Positions 37,470 through 47,041 of a DNA stretch of 64,000 nt are shown piece by piece. Numbering within the stretch: the stretch's first letter is position 1; the number at the start of each line of letters is the position of its first letter. The position numbers and the translations under genes were made by a program. The stretch covers positions 1-64,000 of the forward strand of contig JBEKCB010000007.1 of NCBI GenBank assembly GCA_050015075.1, given 5' to 3'. The notes beneath the pieces were generated by a model, which searched no databases, had not been told where the DNA came from, and was given only the letters and a program-made list of their open reading frames with translations. The DNA is from Candidatus Brocadiia bacterium (GTDB taxonomy: Bacteria; Planctomycetota; Brocadiia; CAIUPP01).

Positions 37470-38969
37470 ATGAATATGCGATCCCGAAATCCTGTCTTGC
37501 GGCCGGGCGCGCTGATGCTGCTGCTCGGCGCGGTCGTGTGCCTGGCCGGGTGCGCCGCGCGGGCGGCGGACTCGACGATCCGGGACGAGTGGGACGTCAT
37601 GTCGCTGTCCGGCGTGCAGATCGGCTACGACCACACGATCACGCGCAGGGTGGCTGAGCCGCAGCCGGAGATCGTGACCTTGACCTTCTCCGAGACGCGC
37701 ATCAAGGATTTCGGCGCCACGCTCGTCACGCACGAGACCGAGGAAGACCACGAGACGCCCGAAGGGGCGCTGCTCCGTGTGACCTATTCCGTGTCCGGCG
37801 CGGAGATGAGCGACTCCGAGGCGAGGATCGAGAACGGCAAGCTGATCGTGACCACGCATACCGGCGGGACGACGCACGTCACCGAGACCGCCTGGGACCC
37901 GGAGGTGCTCGGCCCCGAAGCGCAGATGCGCCGGATGCGCGAGTCGGGCTTCCCGGTCGGCAAGGGCGTCACGTTCAAGGAGTACCTGCGCGAAATCAAC
38001 AAAGTCGTCACGTCCACGATCACGGTCGAGGGCCGCGAGACGGTGACGATCGCGGGCAAGCCGCGCGAGCTTTACAAGGCCACGGAGGTGACCGACGCGC
38101 TGCCGGGAGTGGTGACGCGCGTCTGGCTCGACGAGACCGGCGACGAGCTTAAGAGCGTGACGAACGACGGCTTCGAAGAGATCTGCGTCACGCGCGAGGA
38201 GGCGCTGGGCGCGGTGACCTCGCCCGATCAGACCGACCTGGCGACGCTGTCCGTGATCGTCTCGAACGTGAAGTTCGACCGGCCGGACCTGGTCACGGAG
38301 GCGCTCTACCGGATCGAAGGCCGCGTCGAGAATCTGAAGCTCGAGGACCGGCGTCAGAAGATCGAGAAGCAGGGCCCCGGCTGGGTGCTGCTGCGCGTGA
38401 AGGCGCTCGGCGACGCGGCGGAGCCTTCGGCGGAGAAGCCCGGGCCGGAATACCTGGCCGCCTCCGCTTATCTGCAGAGCGACGACCCGGATATCCAGCG
38501 CATGGCGCGCGACAACGTCTCGCCCGACGCCTCGCCGGAGACCAAGGCAAGACAGCTCGCCGCGTGGGTGGTCAGGTACATCACCCAGAAGGACTACAAC
38601 GTCGGCTTCGCCTCGGCGAAGGAGACGCTGTTCTCGCGCGAGGGCGATTGCAAGGAGCACTCCCTGCTGCTCGCCGCGCTGCTGCGGGCGGCGGGAATCC
38701 CGTCGCGAGTGGCTGTCGGCGTCGTCTACGCGAACGGCCAGTTCATGAGCCACATGTGGACCGAGGCGTACCTCAACGACTGGACCGCCCTCGACGCCAC
38801 GCTGTCGGGCGGCAACATCGTGGATGCCGCCCACATCAAGCTGGGCGGCAGCGCGATGGACGGCCCCACTCCCGACGACGCCGCGCTCATCGTCGAGGCG
38901 CAGGCGCATCAGAACCTCAAGATCAACGTTCAGGAGTTCAAAGCGGAACGCGCGCCGGAAGCTCCTTGA
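37470..38969 (+). CDS. Transglutaminase-like secreted protein, possible lipoprotein
   Basis: LAGC lipobox-like; GDCKEHSLLLAALLRAAGIPSR, HMWTEAY, WTALDAT (Cys-His-Asp). Confidence 0.92.
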   Translation: MNMRSRNPVLRPGALMLLLGAVVCLAGCAARAADSTIRDEWDVMSLSGVQIGYDHTITRRVAEPQPEIVTLTFSETRIKDFGATLVTHETEEDHETPEGALLRVTYSVSGAEMSDSEARIENGKLIVTTHTGGTTHVTETAWDPEVLGPEAQMRRMRESGFPVGKGVTFKEYLREINKVVTSTITVEGRETVTIAGKPRELYKATEVTDALPGVVTRVWLDETGDELKSVTNDGFEEICVTREEALGAVTSPDQTDLATLSVIVSNVKFDRPDLVTEALYRIEGRVENLKLEDRRQKIEKQGPGWVLLRVKALGDAAEPSAEKPGPEYLAASAYLQSDDPDIQRMARDNVSPDASPETKARQLAAWVVRYITQKDYNVGFASAKETLFSREGDCKEHSLLLAALLRAAGIPSRVAVGVVYANGQFMSHMWTEAYLNDWTALDATLSGGNIVDAAHIKLGGSAMDGPTPDDAALIVEAQAHQNLKINVQEFKAERAPEAP

Positions 38970-39014
38970 CACTCCACAACGCCGCGGAAGAAGATAGTTC
39001 CCGCCGAGACTCCG

Positions 39015-39043
39015 TTGACCGGGGCAATTTCAGTCGGTAGACT
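39015..39043 (+). promoter_or_regulatory. Putative sigma70 promoter
   Basis: TTGACC-N17-TAGACT. Confidence 0.6.
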
Positions 39044-39076
39044 CTTTGCACGTCGGCGAAAGCCGTTTTTGAAATC

Positions 39077-39092
39077 TGCTCCACGTGGAACA
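39077..39092. other. parS-like 16-bp palindrome
   Basis: TGCTCCACGTGGAACA, one mismatch from the perfect palindrome TGTTCCACGTGGAACA; intergenic. Confidence 0.5.
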
Positions 39093-39111
39093 CCCTAAGA
39101 GGAGAAGAGGA

Positions 39112-42100
39112 ATGCGGCACCTCGTGGCGATTCTGGCGCTGGCCGGCCTGGCGGCGATGGCTACGGCTCAAACTACGGCAACCAAACCCAAGGGAGCGCC
39201 GCGACCGATGGAGCAGGCGCCGGCCGCCGATCAGCCGGACTCGACCGGGCTCTATAACGCGGCGCTGCTGGAGCTTGGCGCCACGGCCAAGGGCAGCGGG
39301 GCGGCCTTCAACAGGGACTGGCCGCCGGACAACATGCTGGTGCGCGACATGTACAGCGGCGGGACCATCTTCGACAAGAGCGGCTCGCTCAAGGGCGGCC
39401 GCGTGGATATCCGCCTCCTGATCCCCGTGGACATCAAGGCCATCGAGGTCGTGGGGCTGGACTACCACGGCACGAGGCAACCGAAGGCCATAGACATTTT
39501 CGTCGAGGGCAAGCGGGTCGGGCACGCGGACCTGGCGGACGCTCCGGGACAAATCCAGCGCATCGAGCTGGAGGCCCATGGGCAGAACGTCGGGATTCTC
39601 GTCACCGACGAATATCCGCCCCGGCCGCTGGACTACGGCGGCTGGATGCGGTTGCGGGTGCTGACGACGACCAATGTGGCGGAGAAGATGAAGACGCCGG
39701 CGCAGTATGACGTGAAGGCGTCGCCGTCGAACCTGGTCCCGACGGGCGGCAGCGCGGCCGAGGGCAAGGTCCAAGTCGTCGGCCAGCCGCGCATGACCCA
39801 GGGCCATCCCTGCACGCTGTGGGACAACGAGGACATCGCCCATTACAAGGACATGCTGAAGACGAGCAAGGAACTCCAGGCCCAATTGGCCGGGCTCAAG
39901 ACTTCAATGGATATCCGGATGACGCAGCCGTTCGGCATTCCCCAGCCGGAGAAAGGGCCGGACGGCCAGTGGATGCACCTGATTGACAACAAGGTGTCGC
40001 CGAACGGACAGACGTACGGCGCGATTCACAATCAGCTCGCCCTGGACATCGCCAACCTCGGCGCGGTGTACGTCCTGACGGGCGAGGAGAAGTACGCGGA
40101 CTTCTGCAAGAAACTACTGCTGGCCTACGCGGACGCTTATCCCAATTACGGCATCGGGGCGCGGCCGGGCTTCAACCATGACCCGAGCAAGGTCTTCGAC
40201 CAGCGCCTGAGCGACGCCACGTGGCTGATCCAGGTCGCGCGCGGTTACGACCTGATCCACAACCTGCCCTCGATCACGCCCGAGGAGCGGAAGCACATCG
40301 AGGACGACCTGGTCAGGGCCAACGGCCGCCATATCACGGAGAACCACGCGGCGGTCGAGGCGCCGACCAACTGGTCGGCGATTGACACCTGCGCGGTCCT
40401 GACGGCCGGCTATGCCTGCGACGACGAGAAGCTGATCAACATCGCTTATTACGGTCTCCAGGGCACCGAGGAGAAGCCGACCGGCGGCCTGTTCGAGAGG
40501 CACTTCACGCAGCCGATTGACGTGGACGGCATGTGGGCCGAGGGCGCCATGGGCTATCAGTTCATGGCCCTGCAGGCGCTGGTCATGGACGCCGAGGAGC
40601 TGTGGCACCACGGCATAGACATGTACCGCTATCACAATTGCGCCCTGAAGCGGCTGTTCGATTCGCCGCTGCAATTCTGCTATCCGGACCTGACGACGCC
40701 GGCCACGCACGATTCGGGCCGCGACTCGATCGTCGGCGGCGATTCCTACGTCTACGAATACGCTTACCGCCGCTACCGCGATCCGAGCTACCTGCTGATC
40801 CTCAACCAGACCGGCCGCCACCTGGACGCCCATTTCCAGCAGTTCCCCGTCTCGGTGCTTTATGACCGCGACCCGAAAGAGAAGCAGCCGGCCGTGGAAT
40901 TCAAGAGCGTGAACTTCTTCGGCGTCGGCTACGGCATTACGCGGATCACCACTCCGGCGGGCATCACCAGCCTGCTGCTGGAATACGGGCCGAACCGCTC
41001 GCACGGCCATCCCGACAAGCTGTGCCTCGATCTCTATGCCTTCAACGACCAGCTCATGATGGACCCGGGCAGCGTCTGGTACGAACTGCCGCTCTACTTG
41101 CAGTGGTACCACAGCACGCTGGCCCACAACACGCTGGTCGTGGACGAGCGCAACCAGGTCATGTGCGGGGCGACGCAACTGGTTTACGCTCCGGCCGAGA
41201 CCATGGGCATGCAGCGCGCCTCGTGCCGCGACGCCTATCCCGGCGTCATCATGGACCGGGCGACGTTCATGACGGCGGACTACGTGGCCGACATCTTCGG
41301 CGCGTTCGCGAGCCTGCAGCGCAGGTACGACCTGGCCTGGCACATTCGCGGCGAATTCGCCTCGGACTTGAAGCTGGATCCGACGACGCTGCCGGAACCG
41401 AGGGAGTTCGGATACGTGGCCTTGACCAACGTCCGCAAGGCCGCGCCGAGCGACAAGGCCTGGTCCGCGACGGTGACGCGCGAGGGCAACGTCGCGCGGT
41501 TCGTGGCCGCCGGCGGAACCCCGACGGAAGTCATCGTCGGCGACGGGCATTACGGTCTCGAAACGCCGCCGGCGATCCTGGAGCGGCGCGAGACCGCGGC
41601 GACCGTCTACGGCAATGCCATTGACATTTCCGGCGGCAAGCAGGCTTACGTCAAGGGCCTCCAGCAGGAGGGCAGCCTGGAAGCCGGTTACGGCCTGCTG
41701 AAGGTCGAGACGGCCAAAGGCACGGACCTGTGCTTCGCGTCGTACCGGCCGGGCGCGTACCAGGCCGGCGGGCTGGAGACGGACGCCCAGCAGGCGTTCG
41801 TGGTGATGGACGGCCATGCGGTGAAGGCCATGTACCTCGGCGGCGGCAAGATGCTGAAGGCCGGCGGTGCGGCGCTCGAGCGAAGCGAGCCGGGCCTGGC
41901 CTGCATCGAGAAGGCGGATACCGGCGCGTACGTGCTGGCCAACCCGTCGCCGAGCGACGCCACGGTCACGGTGACCTTCAAGCCGCTGGCCGCGATGGAA
42001 GCGTTCAACCTGGACCTCACAGGCCGGCGCAGCGGCGCCGCGACGGTCAGCCCGGGCGCGGTGGCCAACTCGTTCTCGCTGCAAATGAAGGCGACGTCGA

Positions 42101-42753
42101 GGGTGGAGTTCGCCCCCAAGGGCGCGATCAGCGTCTATGACCAGCGTCAGGCCGTGCTCCAGCAGCGCCAGGCCGAGCAGGAAGCGGCCATGAGCAAGGC
42201 CCATGACGAGTGCGTGGCCCGGACCAAGGTCCGCGAGGCCGAGGCCAAGGCCAGGCCGGCTCCGGCAAACACCGTGATCGTCGTCCAGGGCCGGAACTTC
42301 TCGGCCGAAGGCGGCGGCCATGTCCAGACCTCGGACCTGAAGCGGGCCGTCGCCAGCGGAACGTGCATCCTGCAGTGGGACGCCCAGGGCCAGTGGCTCG
42401 AATGGACGTTCGACGTGCCTGCCGAGGGCTATTACAACTTGACCCTCTGCTACTGCAGCGAGCTGGACCTGGCGCAGCGCCAGATCAAGGTCGCCGGCGA
42501 GGTGCAGGAACCGTTCGCCCCGATGGTCTTCCCGTCCACCGGCGGCTGGGCCAACGGCTCGGACGACTGGCGGCTGTTCACGGCCTCGAACCCGACGAAC
42601 GACAAGCCGCTGCTGCTGAAGTTCAAGCAGGGAAAGAACGTGGTCCGCCTGACGAACCTGAACGGGCGCGGAATCAACGTGGACTATGTGGCCCTGACCA
42701 GCCCGGACGTCAAGGTGACGCGCAAGTTGCTGGCCGGAATGCTGAAAAAATAG
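39112..42753 (+). CDS. Secreted polysaccharide lyase (alginate lyase plus heparinase II/III domains, PL17-like) with C-terminal CBM6/35-like module
   Basis: QRLSDATW, DGMWAEGAMGYQFMAL, SHGHPDKL, DPGSVWY, WYHSTLAHNTLVVDE; C-terminal GQWLEWTFDVPAEGYYNL, FPSTGGW, GINVDYVAL. Confidence 0.85.
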   Translation: MRHLVAILALAGLAAMATAQTTATKPKGAPRPMEQAPAADQPDSTGLYNAALLELGATAKGSGAAFNRDWPPDNMLVRDMYSGGTIFDKSGSLKGGRVDIRLLIPVDIKAIEVVGLDYHGTRQPKAIDIFVEGKRVGHADLADAPGQIQRIELEAHGQNVGILVTDEYPPRPLDYGGWMRLRVLTTTNVAEKMKTPAQYDVKASPSNLVPTGGSAAEGKVQVVGQPRMTQGHPCTLWDNEDIAHYKDMLKTSKELQAQLAGLKTSMDIRMTQPFGIPQPEKGPDGQWMHLIDNKVSPNGQTYGAIHNQLALDIANLGAVYVLTGEEKYADFCKKLLLAYADAYPNYGIGARPGFNHDPSKVFDQRLSDATWLIQVARGYDLIHNLPSITPEERKHIEDDLVRANGRHITENHAAVEAPTNWSAIDTCAVLTAGYACDDEKLINIAYYGLQGTEEKPTGGLFERHFTQPIDVDGMWAEGAMGYQFMALQALVMDAEELWHHGIDMYRYHNCALKRLFDSPLQFCYPDLTTPATHDSGRDSIVGGDSYVYEYAYRRYRDPSYLLILNQTGRHLDAHFQQFPVSVLYDRDPKEKQPAVEFKSVNFFGVGYGITRITTPAGITSLLLEYGPNRSHGHPDKLCLDLYAFNDQLMMDPGSVWYELPLYLQWYHSTLAHNTLVVDERNQVMCGATQLVYAPAETMGMQRASCRDAYPGVIMDRATFMTADYVADIFGAFASLQRRYDLAWHIRGEFASDLKLDPTTLPEPREFGYVALTNVRKAAPSDKAWSATVTREGNVARFVAAGGTPTEVIVGDGHYGLETPPAILERRETAATVYGNAIDISGGKQAYVKGLQQEGSLEAGYGLLKVETAKGTDLCFASYRPGAYQAGGLETDAQQAFVVMDGHAVKAMYLGGGKMLKAGGAALERSEPGLACIEKADTGAYVLANPSPSDATVTVTFKPLAAMEAFNLDLTGRRSGAATVSPGAVANSFSLQMKATSRVEFAPKGAISVYDQRQAVLQQRQAEQEAAMSKAHDECVARTKVREAEAKARPAPANTVIVVQGRNFSAEGGGHVQTSDLKRAVASGTCILQWDAQGQWLEWTFDVPAEGYYNLTLCYCSELDLAQRQIKVAGEVQEPFAPMVFPSTGGWANGSDDWRLFTASNPTNDKPLLLKFKQGKNVVRLTNLNGRGINVDYVALTSPDVKVTRKLLAGMLKK

Positions 42754-42755
42754 AG

Positions 42756-42836
42756 CCGCTCGTAGTGTGCCCGTAAGGGCATACGTTTTTCCACTGCGCT
42801 TGACGGAAGCAGCGCCTGACGGCGCCACTGCAAGCA
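42756..42836. repeat. GTAG-type REP doublet, copy 2
   Basis: CCGCTCGTAGTGTGCCCGTAAGGGCATA...AGCGCCTGACGGCGCCACTGCAAGCA; matches 26801-26860 with a longer spacer. Confidence 0.8.
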
Positions 42837-42871
42837 ATACGCTCGCGCGGGTGAGACCGGAGATTCCCGTG

Positions 42872-43324
42872 ATGCACTTTGACATGGACCACATCGCCTT
42901 GAACGTGCGCGACATGAATTCCATGCTCCGGTTCTACGTCGCCGTCCTGGGCCTGAAGCCGGAACGGCTCGATCTCTACCGCAAGCGGAAGGCGCCGTTC
43001 CCGTCGGTGCGCGTTAATGCCGACACCATCATTGACCTGTTCCCTGCGGCGATGTGGCAAGGCAAACAGGGGAAGCGCGTCCGGAAGCTGAATCCCGACG
43101 CCCGGCTCAACCACGTCTGCCTGGCGATCCGGAAAGGGGAATGGGCTTCCTTCCTGAAGCGGATCCGGAAATGCGGCGTCCACGTGCTGGAAGGCCCCGT
43201 GCCGCGATGGGGAGCGCACGGCACGGGGATTTCGGTTTACTTCTACGACCCCGACGGAAATAAGATCGAGGTCCGGCATTACCCGGCCAAGAAGCGCGGG
43301 CGAATAGAAGGCCTCGTGTCATGA
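42872..43324 (+). CDS. VOC/glyoxalase family protein
   Basis: DHIALNVRD...FYVAVLGL, NHVCLAI, GAHGTGISVYFYDPDGNKIEVR. Confidence 0.92.
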   Translation: MHFDMDHIALNVRDMNSMLRFYVAVLGLKPERLDLYRKRKAPFPSVRVNADTIIDLFPAAMWQGKQGKRVRKLNPDARLNHVCLAIRKGEWASFLKRIRKCGVHVLEGPVPRWGAHGTGISVYFYDPDGNKIEVRHYPAKKRGRIEGLVS

Positions 43325-43508
43325 CAGCCTCTCGCGCCGCGTGAAGGTCCCAGTTGACCGCCGGCCATCCGCCTGCTTTCCAGCGCCTTCCCTATGAGCA
43401 GAAACCTTATGCACTTTTCAGGACGGACGGCGGCAGGATTTGCTTGACATGGCCGGCCGCGTCCGAGAGACTTATTTTAAGGAGTGCGGTTGGATAAGGA
43501 GGCAAGCC

Positions 43509-43985
43509 ATGTCAATATCACATCGTTCGTCCCCATGGTTCCTGATTGCGGCGGGCTTCATGTGCCTGGCCTGCGCGTTCACGGCGACCCGGACCGAGGC
43601 AGCCGCGAAGGCGGCTTTCCCCGTCCAGTCGTCGGAATTGCGCGGGATTCTAGCCAGCGTGGACACAGCCACCGGCAGCTTCATTATGGCGACCGAGGTG
43701 ACGCGAGGCGTGCCCGGGCCGGAGGTGCGGATGTTCACGAACGCACAAACGGTCATCATCGTTGACGGCTCGAACGGCATCTTTGCCTTGTTGAGACCCG
43801 GGATGTTCGTCACCGTCGTCGCGGCGAACGGCGTCGCCGTACTGGTTGACGCTCGCACCAGCGGGCCTGCGCCGTTGTCTCCCGAAGCGGGCGGGTTATT
43901 GGTGAAGATGGGTCTCGTAAAGCAGGCCGAGGGCCTTCAGGCCGCGGGCCCCTTCAACCGCCGCTCGCAGAGCGCCGGCGCCTGA
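43509..43985 (+). CDS. Small secreted hypothetical protein (OB-fold/DUF5666-like)
   Basis: AGGAGG RBS, signal peptide, GILASVDT...TVIIVDG...LLRPGMFVTV; overlaps the convergent GT4 by 49 bp. Confidence 0.65.
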   Translation: MSISHRSSPWFLIAAGFMCLACAFTATRTEAAAKAAFPVQSSELRGILASVDTATGSFIMATEVTRGVPGPEVRMFTNAQTVIIVDGSNGIFALLRPGMFVTVVAANGVAVLVDARTSGPAPLSPEAGGLLVKMGLVKQAEGLQAAGPFNRRSQSAGA

Positions 43986-45046
43986 GCGGCCTGGACGCTC
44001 GGCATGACGTGGGACAACACGTCCCACGTGCGCTCGGCGCATTGCCGCCATGAGAACTGCGCCGCGCGCTCGATCCCGCGCTCGCCGAGGCGGCGCCGCT
44101 TTTCCTTGTCGGTCAGGAGCGCCAGCATCGCGTCGGCTATTGCGCGGACGTCGCCGGGATTGACGTAGGCTGCCGCGTCGCCCATCACCTCGCGCAAGGC
44201 GGGGATATCGCTGACCAGCGCGGGCGTGCCGCAGGCCGCCGCCTCGAGCGCGGCCAGGCCGAAGCTTTCATGAAGCGACGGGAGCACCAGCAGCGCCGCG
44301 CTCCGATAAATCGCCGCCAGCTCCTCGCTGTCATTGACTTGGCCGAGCCATCGGACGCGGTCCGCGCCGATCCGCGCGACGACGGCCTCCGTCTCCGGCG
44401 CGAGCGCGAAGGGAGAGCCCTTTCGGCCCACGACCCAAAGGGCGCACGCCGTCTTGTCGCGGATTTCGGCGAACGACGCGAGCAGGCCGTGGAGGTTCTT
44501 GGCCGAGCTCAGGCTGCCGACGAACAGCACCACGGGCAGGCGGCGCGGCTCGCGGGGCGGGGCGAAGGTCCGGCTGACGCCGAGCGGGATCACGCGGATC
44601 TTCGCCGCCGCGGAGGGAAAACGCGCTGCGATCCGTTCGGCCTCGGCATGGGAAACCGTGATGACCGCGTCGGCGCGCCACATCGCCCGCGCGACGACGA
44701 GGCGGTAATAGTTGCGGAATGCCCAGCGGTAACTCCCGGCGACCTCCATGAAGGGCAAGGAATGGATCGTCACCACCAGGCCGGTGCGCCTGGGAACGTA
44801 GAGCGGCGCCACATTGGCCGGGCAGAAAAGGACCTTGTAGCGGCCGGCCAGCCGCGGCAGGACCAGGTGCTCCCAGCATTGCCGGCCGTATCTCGTCGTC
44901 GCGCCCGGGGTGGCCACGTCGAAGGGCAGCGCCCGTTCCCGCAACGCGCCGACGAGTTCGCGGGCATAGCGCTGGACGCCGGATAACCCGGCGTGCTTCA
45001 GCACGCGACCGTCAATCAGGACCGCCGCTTTTTCGTTAGCGATCAT
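43937..45046 (-). CDS. Glycosyltransferase family 4
   Basis: SGVQRYARELV, FVGSLSSAKNL, PSLHESFGLAALEAAACGTP. Confidence 0.93.
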   Translation of the reverse strand: MIANEKAAVLIDGRVLKHAGLSGVQRYARELVGALRERALPFDVATPGATTRYGRQCWEHLVLPRLAGRYKVLFCPANVAPLYVPRRTGLVVTIHSLPFMEVAGSYRWAFRNYYRLVVARAMWRADAVITVSHAEAERIAARFPSAAAKIRVIPLGVSRTFAPPREPRRLPVVLFVGSLSSAKNLHGLLASFAEIRDKTACALWVVGRKGSPFALAPETEAVVARIGADRVRWLGQVNDSEELAAIYRSAALLVLPSLHESFGLAALEAAACGTPALVSDIPALREVMGDAAAYVNPGDVRAIADAMLALLTDKEKRRRLGERGIERAAQFSWRQCAERTWDVLSHVMPSVQAAQAPALCERRLKGPAA

Positions 45047-46287
45047 TCAGGCCGCACTGTTCCTCCGCCTTGCCGGCCTGCATGCTCGGGAATCCGTTCC
45101 CGCTGGGAGCGGGATGACGTGTGATTGACTTCGCGCACCAGGACGCCCTCGCACTCGGGAAGAAGCGCGGGCCGGAGAGCGGTCTGCTGTTCCATGGGGA
45201 TTGAGGTCGGTTCGGTGCGCGCGGGGCCGGTGATCGTCCGAATGGGCGCCTGCCAGCTGATCTGACCCTCCTGGACAAAAGAGAACGGCACGTTGCGGAT
45301 TTTGAGTTCCGCCGCCGCCTCCAGCACCGAGTCGCGCTTCTCGATGGAGCAACAGGCCACCATGTGCCCGCCGCCGCCGGCGCCGGTGATCTTGCCGCCG
45401 GTCATTCCCGCCTCGCTGAGCCGCTCGTAGATCGCATCTATCGCCGGATTGGAGACATCCTTGCTGAACTGTTTCTTCTGCTGCCAGAGGAGATGCAGGA
45501 GGCCGCCGATCCGCTCGACGTCCACGTCCTCGAGGGCCTCGCGCATCTCGGCCACGCGCATCTTGGAGGCGTGAAAGGCTTCGAGCGACCTGCCGCCGTT
45601 CTTCATCGCCGTGCGCTGGTCCTCGATGATGCCGCCGGAAGCCTTCCGCTCTCCCAGCCAGAAGAGCAGCAGGGCCTGGTTCAGTATGCGCTCGCCGGCC
45701 CGGCCGATGTCCAGGGGGCGGGTGCGGACCTTGTTTCCTCCCAGGAACTCGAAATGGTTGAATCCGCCGAACGCGGCGGCGTACTGGTCCTGCCGGCCCG
45801 AGGCGTTCCCCAGCCGGACCGTCTCGATCTCATACGCCAGTTCCGCCAGATCGTAATTGTTCAGCTTCTTGCCATGCCGGGCGGCGTTGAAGGCGCCGAG
45901 GACCGCCATGCACATGGCGCCCGATCCGCCGAGGCCGCTCCGCATGGGAAGGCTTGAATAGACGAACAGCTCAAAGCCGCCGCGGCCGTCGTACATCGCC
46001 TGGGCGGCCGCCTTGATGAAGTCCAGTTGTCCGTCGAACGCCATGTCCTTGAAGCTGGGATAGACCATCGGCTGGGGGCGCGTATTGGCGTGAATGATCA
46101 CCGTGGGATCGCGCGACAGCCGCAACCGCGCGAGCATGAAGACCGAGATGGTCGCATTGACGACCTCGCCGCCGAACTGCTCCGGGTACGGCGAGACGTC
46201 GGTGCCGCCGCCCGCCAGGCTGATGCGCGTGGGGGCCTGGCTGATGATCTCCACTTCATACAGGCCGTTTCCATTTCCGTTCGCCAT
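45043..46287 (-). CDS. GHMP sugar kinase, HddA-like (heptose-7-phosphate kinase type)
   Basis: APTRISLAGGGTDV, PMRSGLGGSG, GRQDQYAAAFGGFN, GGKITGAGGGG; true start at MANGNGNG. Confidence 0.88.
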   Translation of the reverse strand: MANGNGNGLYEVEIISQAPTRISLAGGGTDVSPYPEQFGGEVVNATISVFMLARLRLSRDPTVIIHANTRPQPMVYPSFKDMAFDGQLDFIKAAAQAMYDGRGGFELFVYSSLPMRSGLGGSGAMCMAVLGAFNAARHGKKLNNYDLAELAYEIETVRLGNASGRQDQYAAAFGGFNHFEFLGGNKVRTRPLDIGRAGERILNQALLLFWLGERKASGGIIEDQRTAMKNGGRSLEAFHASKMRVAEMREALEDVDVERIGGLLHLLWQQKKQFSKDVSNPAIDAIYERLSEAGMTGGKITGAGGGGHMVACCSIEKRDSVLEAAAELKIRNVPFSFVQEGQISWQAPIRTITGPARTEPTSIPMEQQTALRPALLPECEGVLVREVNHTSSRSQRERIPEHAGRQGGGTVRPE

Positions 46288-47024
46288 CAACGTGGCCTCC
46301 TCTGCTTTTCGGGCGTCAATCCGCCGGCCATCTGTTTGCGGAACTCTTCCAGGGAGGACATGGTGCCGATGTCCGCGAACCCGGCGTCGCAAGTATAGGC
46401 GGCGATGCGTCCGCTCAGCCGCGGAAAAACGTCCTTCTCCAGCGAGAAGGCCGTCCCGCGCTTGAACGGCTCGAGAGCCTGCCGGCTCATGACGTACACG
46501 CCGCCGTTGATCCAGCCCGGACCGGCGTGCGGCTTCTTCTCCTCGAATCCCGCGACGCGCCCTTCCCGGACCGTCACCTTCCCGAAGCGGCTGCAGTCGT
46601 CCTGGCGCGCGAGCGCCATGGTGGCGGGCAGCCCTTGCTCGCGGTGGGTCCGGAGCATCGCCCGCCAGTCCTCCGGCAGGAACGTGTCCGCGTTGGCCAC
46701 GAGCGCGGCGTCGCGCCACAGCGGCTGCGCCCACAGCAGCGCGCCGCCGGTGCCCAGCGGCTCCGGTTCCACGGAGTACTCGATCCGCCATCCGAAGCGC
46801 GCCCCGTCGCCGAAGTACGCCTCGATCTGTTCCCACCGGTAGCTCACCGCCAGCACAAACCGCCGGAAACCCAGAGAGCCGAAGTGGTCGAGGAGCAGTT
46901 GGAGGAACGGGCGATCGCCCACGGGAACCATGGACTTGGGAACGCTGTCGGTGATGGGGCGCAGCCGCGTGCTCAGGCCGCCCGCCAGCAGACAAACCGG
47001 GAAGTCCTGCACTCTCGGGTCCAC
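46287..47024 (-). CDS. Sugar-phosphate nucleotidyltransferase, HddC-like
   Basis: LLAGGLSTRLRPITDSVPKSM, EPEPLGTGGAL, NADTF, FSLEKDVFP, FADIGT; GAGG RBS before GTG. Confidence 0.88.
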   Translation of the reverse strand: MDPRVQDFPVCLLAGGLSTRLRPITDSVPKSMVPVGDRPFLQLLLDHFGSLGFRRFVLAVSYRWEQIEAYFGDGARFGWRIEYSVEPEPLGTGGALLWAQPLWRDAALVANADTFLPEDWRAMLRTHREQGLPATMALARQDDCSRFGKVTVREGRVAGFEEKKPHAGPGWINGGVYVMSRQALEPFKRGTAFSLEKDVFPRLSGRIAAYTCDAGFADIGTMSSLEEFRKQMAGGLTPEKQRRPR

Positions 47025-47041
47025 AGCTGCACCTCTTCGGT

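Noticed and set aside
40114-42924. 936-aa minus-strand ORF, and similar long antisense ORFs (2891-4630, 6706-8889, 21641-23881, 47048-49264, 51067-53199)
   Set aside because: All lie opposite well-supported genes and have Arg/Gly/Ala-biased, motif-free translations
43937-43985. 49-bp convergent overlap as a regulatory antisense system
   Set aside because: Both tails are low-information; most simply stop-codon drift
46288-46995. Apparent 236-aa N-terminal extension or fusion of the sugar kinase
   Set aside because: Overlaps the nucleotidyltransferase in another frame; the real start is the ATG at 46287 overlapping the upstream stop
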